DNA of 64,000 nucleotides, from NCBI GenBank assembly GCA_029907315.1, contig JARYME010000003.1, positions 1,555-65,554 of the forward strand. The letters are read 5' to 3'. How positions within the stretch are numbered: position 1 is the stretch's first letter; each line of letters starts with the position of its first letter. Both the position numbers and the translations under genes were made by a program. The notes beneath the pieces are model-generated. The model made no database searches. It was given only the letters and a program-made list of their open reading frames with translations, and was not told the DNA's origin. Positions 30,004-40,311 of the stretch are shown one piece after another. Source of the stretch: Armatimonadota bacterium (GTDB taxonomy: Bacteria; Armatimonadota; UBA5829).

Positions 30004-31161
30004 TTACAGCGGATTAACGGGTTTTCCGTTCACGCGCTTTTCGAAATGACAGTGGGGACCGGTCGAAAGACCGGTGCTTCCAACCCTAGCGATAACTTGT
30101 CCCTTTCGGACTTCTTCGCCCACGCTTACAAGAATGCGCGAGCAGTGACCATACAGCGTGGAAACGCCTCCGCCGTGGTCTATTACGACCGTATATCCGT
30201 AAGCACCCTGCCAACCGGCTATGATTACTTCGCCGTCGGCGGCAGCGCAAATCGGCGTACCGGATGAACAGGCAATGTCAACGCCGGTGTGAAGTTTGTA
30301 AACCCCCGTTATTGGGTGTACTCGGTATCCGAACGTCGACGTAATCCTCCCGGGCACAGGCAGCCTGAGCCCTCCTCTAAACGCTCTAGAGTACCTAGCG
30401 CGACCAGCCGGCGTGCTTTGGATGCGCCTAATCTCTTCTTCGATTCGCTGCGACTGAGCAAGAAGCTCGTCAAGCGCTCGCTCGTAGAGCTCCTTGCTGT
30501 GCTCTATCGCCATCAACTGTTGGCGTTTGCTTGCAACAAGGTTGGCAACTTCGTTGCGCTGCGCAACCAAACGCGCGTGCAACCCGCGGATCTCAGCCAA
30601 TCGACGTGCTTGGCGCTGCCTATCCCTTTCAATCGCGGCTTCATCGGCCTTGATCTCAGCAATAAGCCTTGCGTCAGAATCCAGTATTCGCTTGATATAG
30701 TAAGCTCGAGTGAGGAACGTCCACATATCGGTGGCACCCAGAAGCACGTTTAGATAGCCAAGGTCCTCACCCTCGTAGATATCGACTACTCGGCGCGCCA
30801 ATAGAGCTTTCCTGCGAGCGAGTTGTTTTCGTGTTCGAGCAAGCCGCTTCATCGTCGCTTCGAGGTCTGCCTGAGCATCCAGCAGCCGCAGTTTGTTGCG
30901 GGCGAGGCTCTCTTGTGCTGCTTCTAAGCGAGCTTCGGTCAGTGATAACTGACCAATTACGGTCCTCTTCTCGTTTTCTTTAACCCTGATCTTGTGTCTA
31001 ACGACCTTTATCTGGGCTTGTATTTTCTTCGCTTTGTCGAGTTTCGACTTGAGCGACGTCTTTTGGCTGCCAGAAGCACCTATCAACCGCCCGCTGCAGG
31101 AGCACAGCGTTAGAAAAGCAACCATCAACGCAATATGTTTCTTGTAGGGAATGAGCCTCAT
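30004..31161 (-). CDS. M23-family peptidase with an N-terminal coiled-coil (EnvC-like murein hydrolase activator)
   Basis: The product has a signal/lipobox region, a long coiled-coil and a C-terminal LytM/M23 domain (HTGVDIA...GYTVVIDHGGGVSTLYGHCSRILVSVGEEVRKGQVIARVGSTGLSTGPHCHFE). It lies directly downstream of ftsEX. Confidence 0.88.
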   Translation of the reverse strand: MRLIPYKKHIALMVAFLTLCSCSGRLIGASGSQKTSLKSKLDKAKKIQAQIKVVRHKIRVKENEKRTVIGQLSLTEARLEAAQESLARNKLRLLDAQADLEATMKRLARTRKQLARRKALLARRVVDIYEGEDLGYLNVLLGATDMWTFLTRAYYIKRILDSDARLIAEIKADEAAIERDRQRQARRLAEIRGLHARLVAQRNEVANLVASKRQQLMAIEHSKELYERALDELLAQSQRIEEEIRRIQSTPAGRARYSRAFRGGLRLPVPGRITSTFGYRVHPITGVYKLHTGVDIACSSGTPICAAADGEVIIAGWQGAYGYTVVIDHGGGVSTLYGHCSRILVSVGEEVRKGQVIARVGSTGLSTGPHCHFEKRVNGKPVNPL

Positions 31162-31184
31162 TGTGTCGTTCAGCGCGGAACGAA

Positions 31185-32057
31185 CTAGTCGTGAAGGAAG
31201 CGGCGTATCGAGACGAAACTACCTGCAGCGCCTATCATCGCGCCGACAACAACCAACCCACAGGCAAGCTCCGCACGACCTACACCGCTACTTATCCTGC
31301 CTAGAAACACTATCTTTTCCGCCATTAAAGCCACATACTTGCCGCCTAAAGTCAGAAAGAACCACGCTAGGATTGCGCCAACAGCTCCTAGGACAACGCC
31401 TTCGATAACCAATGGCAGTCTTATGAACTGGTTGGTGGCACCGACAAGCTGCATAATCTTGATTTCCAACCTTCTCGCGTAGAGCGTCAGCCTGATGGCA
31501 TTGCTTATGATCAGCGCCGTGGTTCCAAGCAATACGAGCACTCCAGCAATGCTCAATACCTTGATAACTCGCAGCACGGCAAGTATGCGATCAACAAGCT
31601 CTTTGCTCTCATTTACACGGTCCACGCCATTTATGAGTCGTATCTTGGCTGCGATCTGAGCTATCCTGCTGGGATCAGAGACCTTTACGTCGATAGCGAA
31701 GGGCAAAACATCCAGAGGCACTCCTGCGCTTTCAAAGTCGGGCCTATCGCGCTTGAACGCTTCCCATTCCTTCTTTCGATCGCGCACCTTTAAGTCCACA
31801 ACACCTGGGATGCCTCTAATCTGTTTCAAAGCCGGCTCTATGTCCGCCAACGTCTTGCCTTCAATAAAGACCGCTATTTCAAACTGGTTCACCCGCGAAA
31901 GTACAAATCTGTTGGCTGCCAACGCAAGCAGGGCAAAAGTGCCGAGAACCCCAAGCGAGAGAGCTATTGTGGTCACCGATGCAAACGCCATTAAACCATT
32001 CCGGCGTATGCCGGTGAAAGCTTCCTGAATCATGTACTCTACGTTCCTAAGCCCCAC
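31185..32057 (-). CDS. ftsX: Cell-division ABC transporter permease-like protein FtsX
   Basis: The 290-aa product has four transmembrane segments and an FtsX topology. Its start overlaps the ftsE stop. Confidence 0.88.
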   Translation of the reverse strand: MGLRNVEYMIQEAFTGIRRNGLMAFASVTTIALSLGVLGTFALLALAANRFVLSRVNQFEIAVFIEGKTLADIEPALKQIRGIPGVVDLKVRDRKKEWEAFKRDRPDFESAGVPLDVLPFAIDVKVSDPSRIAQIAAKIRLINGVDRVNESKELVDRILAVLRVIKVLSIAGVLVLLGTTALIISNAIRLTLYARRLEIKIMQLVGATNQFIRLPLVIEGVVLGAVGAILAWFFLTLGGKYVALMAEKIVFLGRISSGVGRAELACGLVVVGAMIGAAGSFVSIRRFLHD

Positions 32058-32760
32058 AGCGCAGATCCTCAGCCAACGCAGTATGCTGATAAACGCCTCT
32101 CTGCTGATCCCGGACCACGTAACCCGCCTCCAATTGGATTACGCGCTTCTTCATCCTGTCAACTATCTGGTTGTCGTGAGTGGCAACCAACACTGTGGTG
32201 CCGTGGGTATTTATCTGATCCAACAACTGCATTATTTCCCAGGAGGTGTCTGGATCAAGATTGCCGGTCGGTTCGTCAGCAAGAAGCACGGTTGGATAGT
32301 TCACGAGTGCACGTGCAATAGCGGCTCTCTGTTGTTCTCCACCAGACATCTGGTGCGGAAAAGCATCGCACCTATGGCAGAGCCCCACGAGATCCAAAAC
32401 TTCGGATATGCGGCGCCGTATTTCTCGCGGGTGCTTACCTATGACTCGCATGGCAAAGGCCAGATTTTCCCACACGTTCTTTTGAGGCAGAAGCTTGAAG
32501 TCCTGAAACACGATTCCAAGCTTGCGACGCAGATACGGAACTTGAGCAGGCTTGAGCGCTCCCACGTCCTCGCCGTCAAGTAGGACCGTACCCCTCGTGG
32601 GAGCCACCTCGCGGTAGACAAGCTTGAGTAGGGTCGACTTACCACTGCCCGTCGGCCCCACTACAAAAACGAAATCACCCTTGCCGATATGGATATTGAC
32701 ATCGTTGAGCGCCCGGACGCCATTCGGGTACTCAACGGTCACGTTCTCAAACCGGATCAT
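32047..32760 (-). CDS. ftsE: Cell-division ATP-binding protein FtsE. The start was taken at MIRFENVTVEY.
   Basis: The product has Walker A (GPTGSGKST), the ABC signature (MSGGEQQR), Walker B (LLADEPTGNLD) and FtsE-like ends. Confidence 0.92.
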   Translation of the reverse strand: MIRFENVTVEYPNGVRALNDVNIHIGKGDFVFVVGPTGSGKSTLLKLVYREVAPTRGTVLLDGEDVGALKPAQVPYLRRKLGIVFQDFKLLPQKNVWENLAFAMRVIGKHPREIRRRISEVLDLVGLCHRCDAFPHQMSGGEQQRAAIARALVNYPTVLLADEPTGNLDPDTSWEIMQLLDQINTHGTTVLVATHDNQIVDRMKKRVIQLEAGYVVRDQQRGVYQHTALAEDLRCGA

Positions 32761-32901
32761 TGCCGACACGTACCTCAATAGGCCATTATACAGACCTATC
32801 TGAGACTGTGCAACGTCGACCAGATACTACACGTGAAGTAAAGGACAGGCAGCGTGTTTCTCTCGTGCAAACACAAAGCTTGCTTGCTGTATGCATTTAT
32901 C

Positions 32902-34452
32902 TCAGACGCTCAGGGGTTGCCTGGTACCATTATCGGTATTTCTTAACTGGGCCATGACGCTGTGGTGTCGACCGTAAGACCAGTAGATCAGTAGTCCAGT
33001 AGCGAGCCACCCAAAAAGCCGAAGCCAGTTCTGCCAAGGCAGCGAGAACATCAGCAGCAAGCAGAATCCCACGCCTAACGCCGGAACAAACGGCACTCCT
33101 GGACACCTGAACGGCCTGTTTGCATCAGGGTTTGTCCGCCTCATAATGAGAACAGCCAGGCAAACCATAACAAACGCAAGCAGGGTGCCTATGTTTACAA
33201 GCTCCGCAAGTATGTCCAGAGGCAAAAGCGCCGCCAGTGAGGTAACTACACAGCCAGTAAGTATGGTCGACTTCCAAGGCGTTCGGAACCTGGGATGCAC
33301 CGCGCCGAAGAAACCCTTGGGAAGCAGACCGTCGCGAGCCATCGCGAGAAGGACCCTCGGCTGGCTGAGCATCAGAACCAGCAGGACGGATGTAATTCCT
33401 ACGACTGCGCCAAAGGATATCAGGTACTTGGCCCACGGCAGCCCTACTTGACTGAACGCAACCGCTACAGCAGCGTGAGGATCCAGTTTGTTGTATGGGA
33501 CCATACCAGTCAAGACCGCAGCAACTGCAATATAGAGCAATGTACATATAGCCAGAGAGCCAACTATCCCGATCGGCACATCTCGCTGGGGATTCCGGGC
33601 TTCCTCAGCGTGTGTAGACACGGAATCGAAACCAATATAGGCAAAGAAGACCATCGCGGCACCGGCGAGGACGCCTGCCGGCATATGGTTAGGTCCCAGC
33701 TTGCCCAGAATCGGTTTGCCTAGGAATGAGAGCCCTGACCAGCCGTAAGGAGCGAATCCTCCGTATGCAACCCAGTTCTTGGGATCCACGTGAAATGCCC
33801 CGACGACGATAACAAATAGCACCACAGATACTTTGAGAATAACCATCGCTGCATTTGATGTGGCGCTTTCGCGGATGCCCTTGACCAATATGGCAGTAAT
33901 GATGATTCCTATCACAACTGCAGGCAAGTTGATGACGGAACCGCTGGCAACAAGATGTCCGTGGTGAACCTTGAGTGGGGCGGCAGAGACCAATGCAGGG
34001 ACCTTGAAACCAAACATGCCTATAAATTCTTGGAAATAGCTCGACCAGCCTTGAGCAACCGCGGCTGATGCGACGGTGTACTCCAGCACCAAGTCCCAAC
34101 CGATAATCCACGCGAAGAGCTCACCAAGCGTGGCATATGCGTACGTATACGCCGACCCGGCTACCGGTACCATAGCGGCGAACTCCGCATAGCAAAGAGC
34201 GGCAAATATGCACGCGGCTCCTGCGATTATAAAAGAGACAATAAGAGCAGGACCTGTGGTTTCCAAAGCGACCTTGCCAGTGATAACGAAAATGCCCGCA
34301 CCGATAATGCAACCTATGCCTAGGCTCATCAGCTGCACAGGACCCAGCACGCGTCTCAGACGGTGCTCACCTTCCATTTCCTGCAGCAGCAGCTCTAGCG
34401 GTTTCCGAGCAAAAAGTCTATCCCTCACTGTTAAACTCCGACAGTTTGTCAA
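32902..34452 (-). CDS. APC-family amino acid permease (cationic amino acid transporter-like)
   Basis: The 516-aa polytopic membrane protein has the APC signature region (GAGIFVITGKVA...YAEFAAMVPVAGSAYTYAY). Confidence 0.85.
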   Translation of the reverse strand: MTNCRSLTVRDRLFARKPLELLLQEMEGEHRLRRVLGPVQLMSLGIGCIIGAGIFVITGKVALETTGPALIVSFIIAGAACIFAALCYAEFAAMVPVAGSAYTYAYATLGELFAWIIGWDLVLEYTVASAAVAQGWSSYFQEFIGMFGFKVPALVSAAPLKVHHGHLVASGSVINLPAVVIGIIITAILVKGIRESATSNAAMVILKVSVVLFVIVVGAFHVDPKNWVAYGGFAPYGWSGLSFLGKPILGKLGPNHMPAGVLAGAAMVFFAYIGFDSVSTHAEEARNPQRDVPIGIVGSLAICTLLYIAVAAVLTGMVPYNKLDPHAAVAVAFSQVGLPWAKYLISFGAVVGITSVLLVLMLSQPRVLLAMARDGLLPKGFFGAVHPRFRTPWKSTILTGCVVTSLAALLPLDILAELVNIGTLLAFVMVCLAVLIMRRTNPDANRPFRCPGVPFVPALGVGFCLLLMFSLPWQNWLRLFGWLATGLLIYWSYGRHHSVMAQLRNTDNGTRQPLSV

Positions 34453-35497
34453 GATATGGCTGCATCGACAGCTGCGCTAACAAACAGCAGATGGTGGATT
34501 CAGCGCCCTCGTTGAGATTGCGTCCCTGCGGCGAAAGTGCATCAGAACAACCTCCGGTTACCGGGTCGTAAAGCGCTTCGCCGACAGAATTGCGACCAAA
34601 AAACCAATCGAAGCTGATTTTGGCAAGACGCAAGTATTCCTTCTTGCCAGTCGCGTCATAAGCGGCAAGATACGATAGCGTGTGGCACATAGGGTCCACT
34701 GGTTGCTGATCGTACCACGCGCGCTCGCGGTTTCTGAAGTACCACCCATTGCAGCCTATCGGGTGAAGCACGTCATCTATGACGCACACCGATGTGAGAA
34801 AATCGAGGCTTTCCTCTGCTACGCGAAGATACTCTTCTTTTTGCAGAGCCTGATAAGCGAGGAAAAGAGCTCTCGGCATCATGCCGTTGGAGTAAGTCAG
34901 CCAATCCTCAAACCACGCCCAATCCGGACTTGCATTTCGCTCGAAATCCTCGCACATAGAGTCTGCAAGATGGGTCAACATCTGCCTAATCGTATCGTTC
35001 TCGGGCATGTACTTCAAGTAATAATAGCATCCCGAAGCCATGTACGCCCTCGCACGAAGACTGAGCGTTACGGGGATCCAAGGCACGGCGCGGTCAAACA
35101 GTTCTTTCGCCACCTTCTTTATGTTGGGATGCAAATCAGCTGCCAGAGCATACCCACAAGCCCAGAGAACTCTCCCAAAGCAGTCCTCGCTGCCTTGATC
35201 GTCAAGCCACACCTGATCGTAAGCCATAAAGTTGTGAAATCGACCGTTCGGCGTCTGCGCATAGTGAATGAAGCTCAAATAGGTGCTCGCAAGCCGCAGT
35301 ATAGAACGAGACTGTGTGCGCTCGAACTCCATTATTGCAGTTATCAGCGCACGTGCATTATCGTCGGTGGTATATCCTGTCCTGCGGTTGGGAATAGAAA
35401 AGATGGCGTGCTGTATCACGCCTGTAGAGTCCGTCAGCGTTTCCAGATGTTCAAAAACAATAGGTGGGTAGATTTTCGGTGCTTCTCCTTTCAACAA
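34418..35497 (-). CDS. Glycoside hydrolase-like protein (six-hairpin, GDE_C/GH63-like fold suspected)
   Basis: The 359-aa product is W/Y-rich and acidic in a pattern typical of (alpha/alpha)6 glycosidases. It is adjacent to a GT4 glycosyltransferase on the same strand. The family call is tentative. Confidence 0.35.
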   Translation of the reverse strand: MLKGEAPKIYPPIVFEHLETLTDSTGVIQHAIFSIPNRRTGYTTDDNARALITAIMEFERTQSRSILRLASTYLSFIHYAQTPNGRFHNFMAYDQVWLDDQGSEDCFGRVLWACGYALAADLHPNIKKVAKELFDRAVPWIPVTLSLRARAYMASGCYYYLKYMPENDTIRQMLTHLADSMCEDFERNASPDWAWFEDWLTYSNGMMPRALFLAYQALQKEEYLRVAEESLDFLTSVCVIDDVLHPIGCNGWYFRNRERAWYDQQPVDPMCHTLSYLAAYDATGKKEYLRLAKISFDWFFGRNSVGEALYDPVTGGCSDALSPQGRNLNEGAESTICCLLAQLSMQPYLDKLSEFNSEG

Positions 35498-35503
35498 GGC
35501 TTC

Positions 35504-36832
35504 CTACTTACTTGCTGACTTACCCGTTGATTGCGCTGATTCCGCCAACTCTTTGGCAAGACGCCTCCTGTTCAAGACCCTGTGGAACAAGCCCAAATAG
35601 TCAACAGCGACGTTGAACCAGGCCGCTCGCCGACCATACCTATAAGCTGCGGCTTCCAAGCTTTCTTTAAGTTCCGGGTCATCGAGGATCCGAATTATGG
35701 CATCCGCTATCGAGTCAGGAGACGCGAAATCGACCAGCAGCCCGCGGCCATCAGCTAGTACCTCCTCTGCATATAGGTAGGGCGTACTCACGATAGCTTT
35801 GCCGCACCCTAATGCGTACGCCAGCGTACCGCTGGTGATCTGGTCTTTGTTGAGATAGGGCGTTACGTAAACGTCGGTGGCGCACAAGTATCTTACCAAC
35901 TCATCAAGCGAAAGAAACCGGTTGTTGAACCTCACGTGCTTTTCCATTCCGAGTTGAGCCACGAGTTCAATCAGCATATTGCGGTAGGTCTCGCCCTCGT
36001 ACTTGCGCACCCCGGGGTGAGTTTCACCCAAGACCAAGTATATGGCAGTCGGGTGTCTTTCGACTATTTTTGGCATTGCCTGGATTACGTACTCTATTCC
36101 TTTGCCCCGGTTTATCAAGCCAAAAGTAGAAATGATCGCGTTGTCCGCCATGCCCAAGGCCCGTTTCACCCGAGCCGCCGGCACGCGGTGAACATTCGGA
36201 ACACCATGAGGTATCACAGTAACCTTCTGAGGATCTGCGCCATATACGTCCAGCAGTATCTGCCGCCCTACTCTGACCATAACTATTGATACGTCGCAGA
36301 GCCGAATAATCTCCTGGACAATTCGCTTCTGATTCGGACTGGGGTTCTGAAGCACCGTATGCAAAGTAGCAACGGCCGGCTTTTCTAGAGCCTCAAGAAA
36401 ATCGAGGATATACTCTCCGTCGGGCCCACCGTAGATCCCGTATTCATGCTGAACACTCACAATGTCTGCGTGCGAGTTGTTCAGAAATCGGGCTGCTTCA
36501 AGATACGACTCGCGCTGCTCCTTGTATATTTGGAAACGTACGATGCGCTCATACGGCTCGATCTCGTGCTCACGGCGAACCGCCACTACGATGGGCTTCG
36601 AGAAGGGAGTGTACTTAGCAACAGAAGTGACAACGTCTTTGGTAAACGTGGCAATCCCACACTCGCTCGGCGGATACGTAGCGACATATGCCGGCTCTAT
36701 CTTATTCATCGACTCTCTAAGGAGTCTGAAAAGCTTTATGTCCTCGCTCTTCAAGAATCGCACTTCGTCCCGAAGCGCGAATTCCTCAGGAATAGTGATG
36801 TCTAGTTCTTTCGACTTGTCGATTTTAGCCAT
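35504..36832 (-). CDS. Glycosyltransferase family 4 (GT-B, group 1)
   Basis: The C-terminal domain has the E-x7-E-like GT4 region (GETHPG...EGFGL-like context: VTPYLNKDQITSGTLAYALGCGKAIVST). Confidence 0.7.
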   Translation of the reverse strand: MAKIDKSKELDITIPEEFALRDEVRFLKSEDIKLFRLLRESMNKIEPAYVATYPPSECGIATFTKDVVTSVAKYTPFSKPIVVAVRREHEIEPYERIVRFQIYKEQRESYLEAARFLNNSHADIVSVQHEYGIYGGPDGEYILDFLEALEKPAVATLHTVLQNPSPNQKRIVQEIIRLCDVSIVMVRVGRQILLDVYGADPQKVTVIPHGVPNVHRVPAARVKRALGMADNAIISTFGLINRGKGIEYVIQAMPKIVERHPTAIYLVLGETHPGVRKYEGETYRNMLIELVAQLGMEKHVRFNNRFLSLDELVRYLCATDVYVTPYLNKDQITSGTLAYALGCGKAIVSTPYLYAEEVLADGRGLLVDFASPDSIADAIIRILDDPELKESLEAAAYRYGRRAAWFNVAVDYLGLFHRVLNRRRLAKELAESAQSTGKSASK

Positions 36833-36871
36833 TACCAGTTCGTCCTTATGCCTTTTTGCAGAACCGATATA

Positions 36872-37234
36872 CTACTGCGACTCGTCTCGCTTCAAAGACT
36901 CGACTGCCTCGCTCTCGTTGCGGTAAATCGGAAACACTTTTTCCAAACCCGTAATCTCGAACACTTTGCGAACCTGCGGTCTGGCACCCACCAACACCAA
37001 TTTGCCGCTGCGCTCGCTTACACGCTTCAATCCGCCTACGAGAGCTCCCAAGCCCGAACTATCAATGTACTCGACGTCCGCCAAGCTTACTACGAGATTC
37101 GTACAACCCTTTTCAAGAGTATTGATCATAACCTCCTTAAAGCGGCTGGAAGTGTAGGCATCTAATTCACCGGTCAACCTGATGATGCCCAGGTTACCAT
37201 CCATTGTAACATCTACACCTAGGTCCATTTCCAT
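36872..37234 (-). CDS. STAS-domain anti-sigma-factor antagonist (SpoIIAA-like)
   Basis: The product has a STAS pattern (IIRLTGELDAYTSSRFKEVM...LVVSLADVEYIDSSGLGALVG). Confidence 0.85.
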   Translation of the reverse strand: MEMDLGVDVTMDGNLGIIRLTGELDAYTSSRFKEVMINTLEKGCTNLVVSLADVEYIDSSGLGALVGGLKRVSERSGKLVLVGARPQVRKVFEITGLEKVFPIYRNESEAVESLKRDESQ

Positions 37235-37488
37235 AGCAAAAACAGCTCCCTTCCTAGCGAGCTACCGAAAGACTGGCTGAGCAATGCCAAGTATATGCCT
37301 TATGCAACGAATCAGACAAACCCTTCTCAGCCAGCACCACGTAGCCCATAGCCGTCCTACTTTTTCCCAACTGCAAGCACAATCAAAACGGCGTACTTCG
37401 CTTGACCTGTGAGCAGGTAAGATCCGTCTCGAGCGAAGGAATTCGCTTCCGAAAAACCAGAATACTAAGTAGCGGGAAGTCGGTGAAG

Positions 37489-38268
37489 ATGAGCACTGCA
37501 CTTATCGGCGGCACAGGAATTGATGAACTGAGCGAGTTCACTTCTGGCAGGCGACTCGAGGTATCCACGAGATTCGGCCATGTGGAACTTGCTGAAACTT
37601 CCTTGGGCGGCAGGACGGTTTTCTTTCTGCCCCGCCACGGATTCGCGCACTCAGTGCCGCCGTCATTGATCAACTATCGGGCGAACATAGCCGGTTTGAA
37701 GAAGCTTGGCGTGACACGAATAATCAGCCTGTCTGCAGTAGGCTCATTGACTCCGGAACTAAAAGTGGGTTCCTTCGCGATCCTTGGTGACTTCATCGAT
37801 ATGACGAGACGAAGGCCGGGAACCTTTTTTGATGAACCCGGGAGCCCAGTAGCACACACGGACTTTTCTGAGCCGTATTGTCCTGAGCTCACCAAGGCGC
37901 TTGTGGAAGCGTGCCGCAAGCAAGGTGTTTGCTTCCTCGAACGAGCCGTATACGTAGGAGTCGAAGGACCGCGGTACGAAACCCCAGCCGAAGTGAAACT
38001 CTTTGCATCCTGGGGAGGACACGTTGTCGGAATGACAAACGTGCCTGAGGTTGTCCTCGCCAAAGAGGCAGGCATTTGTTTTGCCGGGCTGGCAATTGTC
38101 GCGAACCTTGCGTGCGGACTGGGCAAGAATCGACTAACACACGAAGAGGTACGCAAGGTCGTTGCAGCGTCCGGCAAAACTGCGGCGACAATTCTGAGGG
38201 AAGCGCTACAACTCATCCCCACAGAAAGAAAATGCACTTGTGGGGAGAACTTGGCATTGGTGATATAA
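37489..38268 (+). CDS. mtnP: S-methyl-5'-thioadenosine phosphorylase (PNP/MTAP family). The start was taken at MSTALIGGTG.
   Basis: The product has the MTAP-family motifs GHVELAETSLGGRTVFFLPRHG, GGHVVGMTNVPE and a conserved C-terminus. Confidence 0.85.
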   Translation: MSTALIGGTGIDELSEFTSGRRLEVSTRFGHVELAETSLGGRTVFFLPRHGFAHSVPPSLINYRANIAGLKKLGVTRIISLSAVGSLTPELKVGSFAILGDFIDMTRRRPGTFFDEPGSPVAHTDFSEPYCPELTKALVEACRKQGVCFLERAVYVGVEGPRYETPAEVKLFASWGGHVVGMTNVPEVVLAKEAGICFAGLAIVANLACGLGKNRLTHEEVRKVVAASGKTAATILREALQLIPTERKCTCGENLALVI

Positions 38269-38278
38269 AGCCTAGAAC

Positions 38279-39020
38279 GATGTCTGCGCCGGAACTATAC
38301 TTAGGTGCCAGCAAGTATACGATTTGGTTCTTTGCGACGTCTGCCGCCGCTGTGGGCGTCGCAGCGCTGTGGCCGTTTACACGAAAACCGAAAAAAGAAG
38401 AAATCGAAAAATCACTCTCTGAGCACGAAGCAGGCTCGCCGACGGTAGACTTGGTCGAATGGGGTATACGACTTGGACAACTCGGCAGACCAGAACTGGC
38501 CGTCCAGCGTCTTGAGAGAGCGGTGAAAATAAACCCTCAAGATGCCTCGGCGTATTACAATCTCGGGTTGGCACTGCTCGAAATGAAACAATACCGCAAG
38601 GCTGCAGAGGCATTCGACAAGGCACTTCAAATTGAACCGGGTCTTGTCAATGCGCGCATCAACTTGGGATGCGTTTTCTTCGCAGCAGGCGAATATGACT
38701 CGGCAGTGGCACAATTCGAAAAGGCAGTCGAGTTGAAACCGAATGATGCAGACGGATGGTTCGGACTCGGATGCGTTCGCCTTGTTCTGGGCAATGCGGA
38801 AGGATCTGTTGAAGCGTTTGAACAAGCACTGAGCATCAACCCAAAGGATGCAGAGGCGAAATTCAACCTTGCATGTGCCCTGCTCCGCAAAGGTGACCGA
38901 GAACTTGCGGAAAGGCAACTTCAAGAGTTCCTGGAAGCTGCTGGCAACGAAATGGCGCAGCAGCGAGCTTACGCAAGGCGTTTGCTGCACAAACAAGAGC
39001 GAGAGGTCAGCGATCAGTGA
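38279..39020 (+). CDS. TPR-repeat protein with an N-terminal transmembrane helix. The start was taken at MSAPELY, after the mtnP stop.
   Basis: The product has four or five TPR units (AYYNLGLALLEMKQYRKAAEAFDKALQIEP, etc.). Confidence 0.75.
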
Positions 39021-40261
39021 TGGCAAGCTCGTTTCATAACCCTCGAGTCCTCGTACCGCGCGACAAAGAAGAGATTGCAGCCGAGATGCGTCGAGTCGGA
39101 CCAGAAGAACAAGGCATATCTCATATGCTGCCGAAAGCACAGCATTTTCTCGTAAAGCTGGAAAAAGTTCGCCGACCGGTCGCACACATCCTCAAGGAAA
39201 CCTTTCTATCCAAAGGGGGAGATGCTGTAGTCAACCGCGGGCTAATAGTAGCAGCGGTCGATGAGTCAGATGTCATACTATGCGGCACCCAAAAACAATA
39301 TGATCAGGCTTTGTCCTCGCTCCGCGAGCAAGGATTCGGCTGCGACAAGCTGGCTGAACAGATTGAAACTGCCATCCGCAACTACATCAGTCCCCAGGTA
39401 GCTGCCGCATGGCACGAAGACGAGCGCGTGACAGCAGTTCTCGAAGCCATAGGCAAAAGGACGCTAATCATGGGGATTCTCAATGTAACTCCGGACTCGT
39501 TTTCGGACGGCGGTCGGTTTATCGATCCCAAGGCAGCGGTTGAACATGCCCTGCAAATGGTTGAGGACGGCGCAGACATAATCGACATCGGCGGGGAGTC
39601 TACGCGCCCGGGCTCAGACCCGGTTCCAACCGAAGAGGAAATCAAAAGGGTGGTGCCGGTTATCGAAGTTTTGGCTCGCCGAACGAACGCTGCGATTTCC
39701 ATCGATACGTACAAAAGCGATGTAGCGCGCGCTGCCCTTGACGCCGGCGCCTGTATTGTCAACGACATAAGCGCAGGCCTGTTTGATCCGAGGATGCCGG
39801 CGCTTGCAGCGGAACGAAAGTGCCCTGTAGTGCTGATGCACATCAAAGGGACTCCAAAAGACATGCAGCAGAACCCAAGCTATGAAGACCTGATGGGCGA
39901 GATTTGCTCATACCTGTACCAGCGCATACGCGCCTTTGCAGATGCGGGACTCGACGAACGACTGCTGATGATCGACCCAGGGTTTGGTTTCGGCAAGACG
40001 GTCCATCATAACCTCGAACTGCTGCGGCGGCTGAGAGAACTGAAATCCATCGGCAGACCCATCGTAGTCGGAACGTCGCGCAAGTCAACCATAGGCAAGG
40101 TTTTAGGTGACCTGCCTGTAGAAGAACGATTGGAGGGTACAGCCGCAACAGTCGCCATCGCCGTTGCAAACGGAGCAGACATCGTTCGAGTGCACGACGT
40201 CAAGGAGATGGCGCGGGTGGCACGTATGACGGATGCCGTCGTAAGGCCTCCGGCTGCCTGA
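39017..40261 (+). CDS. folP: Dihydropteroate synthase with a roughly 145-aa N-terminal extension of unknown function
   Basis: The DHPS core runs from residue about 150 (LIMGILNVTPDSFSDGG...DIIDIGGESTRPG...VVLMH...IDPGFGFGKT). Confidence 0.88.
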   Translation: MMASSFHNPRVLVPRDKEEIAAEMRRVGPEEQGISHMLPKAQHFLVKLEKVRRPVAHILKETFLSKGGDAVVNRGLIVAAVDESDVILCGTQKQYDQALSSLREQGFGCDKLAEQIETAIRNYISPQVAAAWHEDERVTAVLEAIGKRTLIMGILNVTPDSFSDGGRFIDPKAAVEHALQMVEDGADIIDIGGESTRPGSDPVPTEEEIKRVVPVIEVLARRTNAAISIDTYKSDVARAALDAGACIVNDISAGLFDPRMPALAAERKCPVVLMHIKGTPKDMQQNPSYEDLMGEICSYLYQRIRAFADAGLDERLLMIDPGFGFGKTVHHNLELLRRLRELKSIGRPIVVGTSRKSTIGKVLGDLPVEERLEGTAATVAIAVANGADIVRVHDVKEMARVARMTDAVVRPPAA

Positions 40262-40311
40262 GTCAGCAGGCCGCCGTTTAGTATCCGCAGGCTGAGCGGT
40301 TCCGATCAGGC

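Noticed and set aside
38076-38278. 5' extension of the TPR protein ORF overlapping the 3' end of mtnP
   Set aside because: The extension is out of context, Arg/Cys-rich and wholly inside mtnP. The ATG at 38279, right after the mtnP stop, gives a sensible start with a TM helix.
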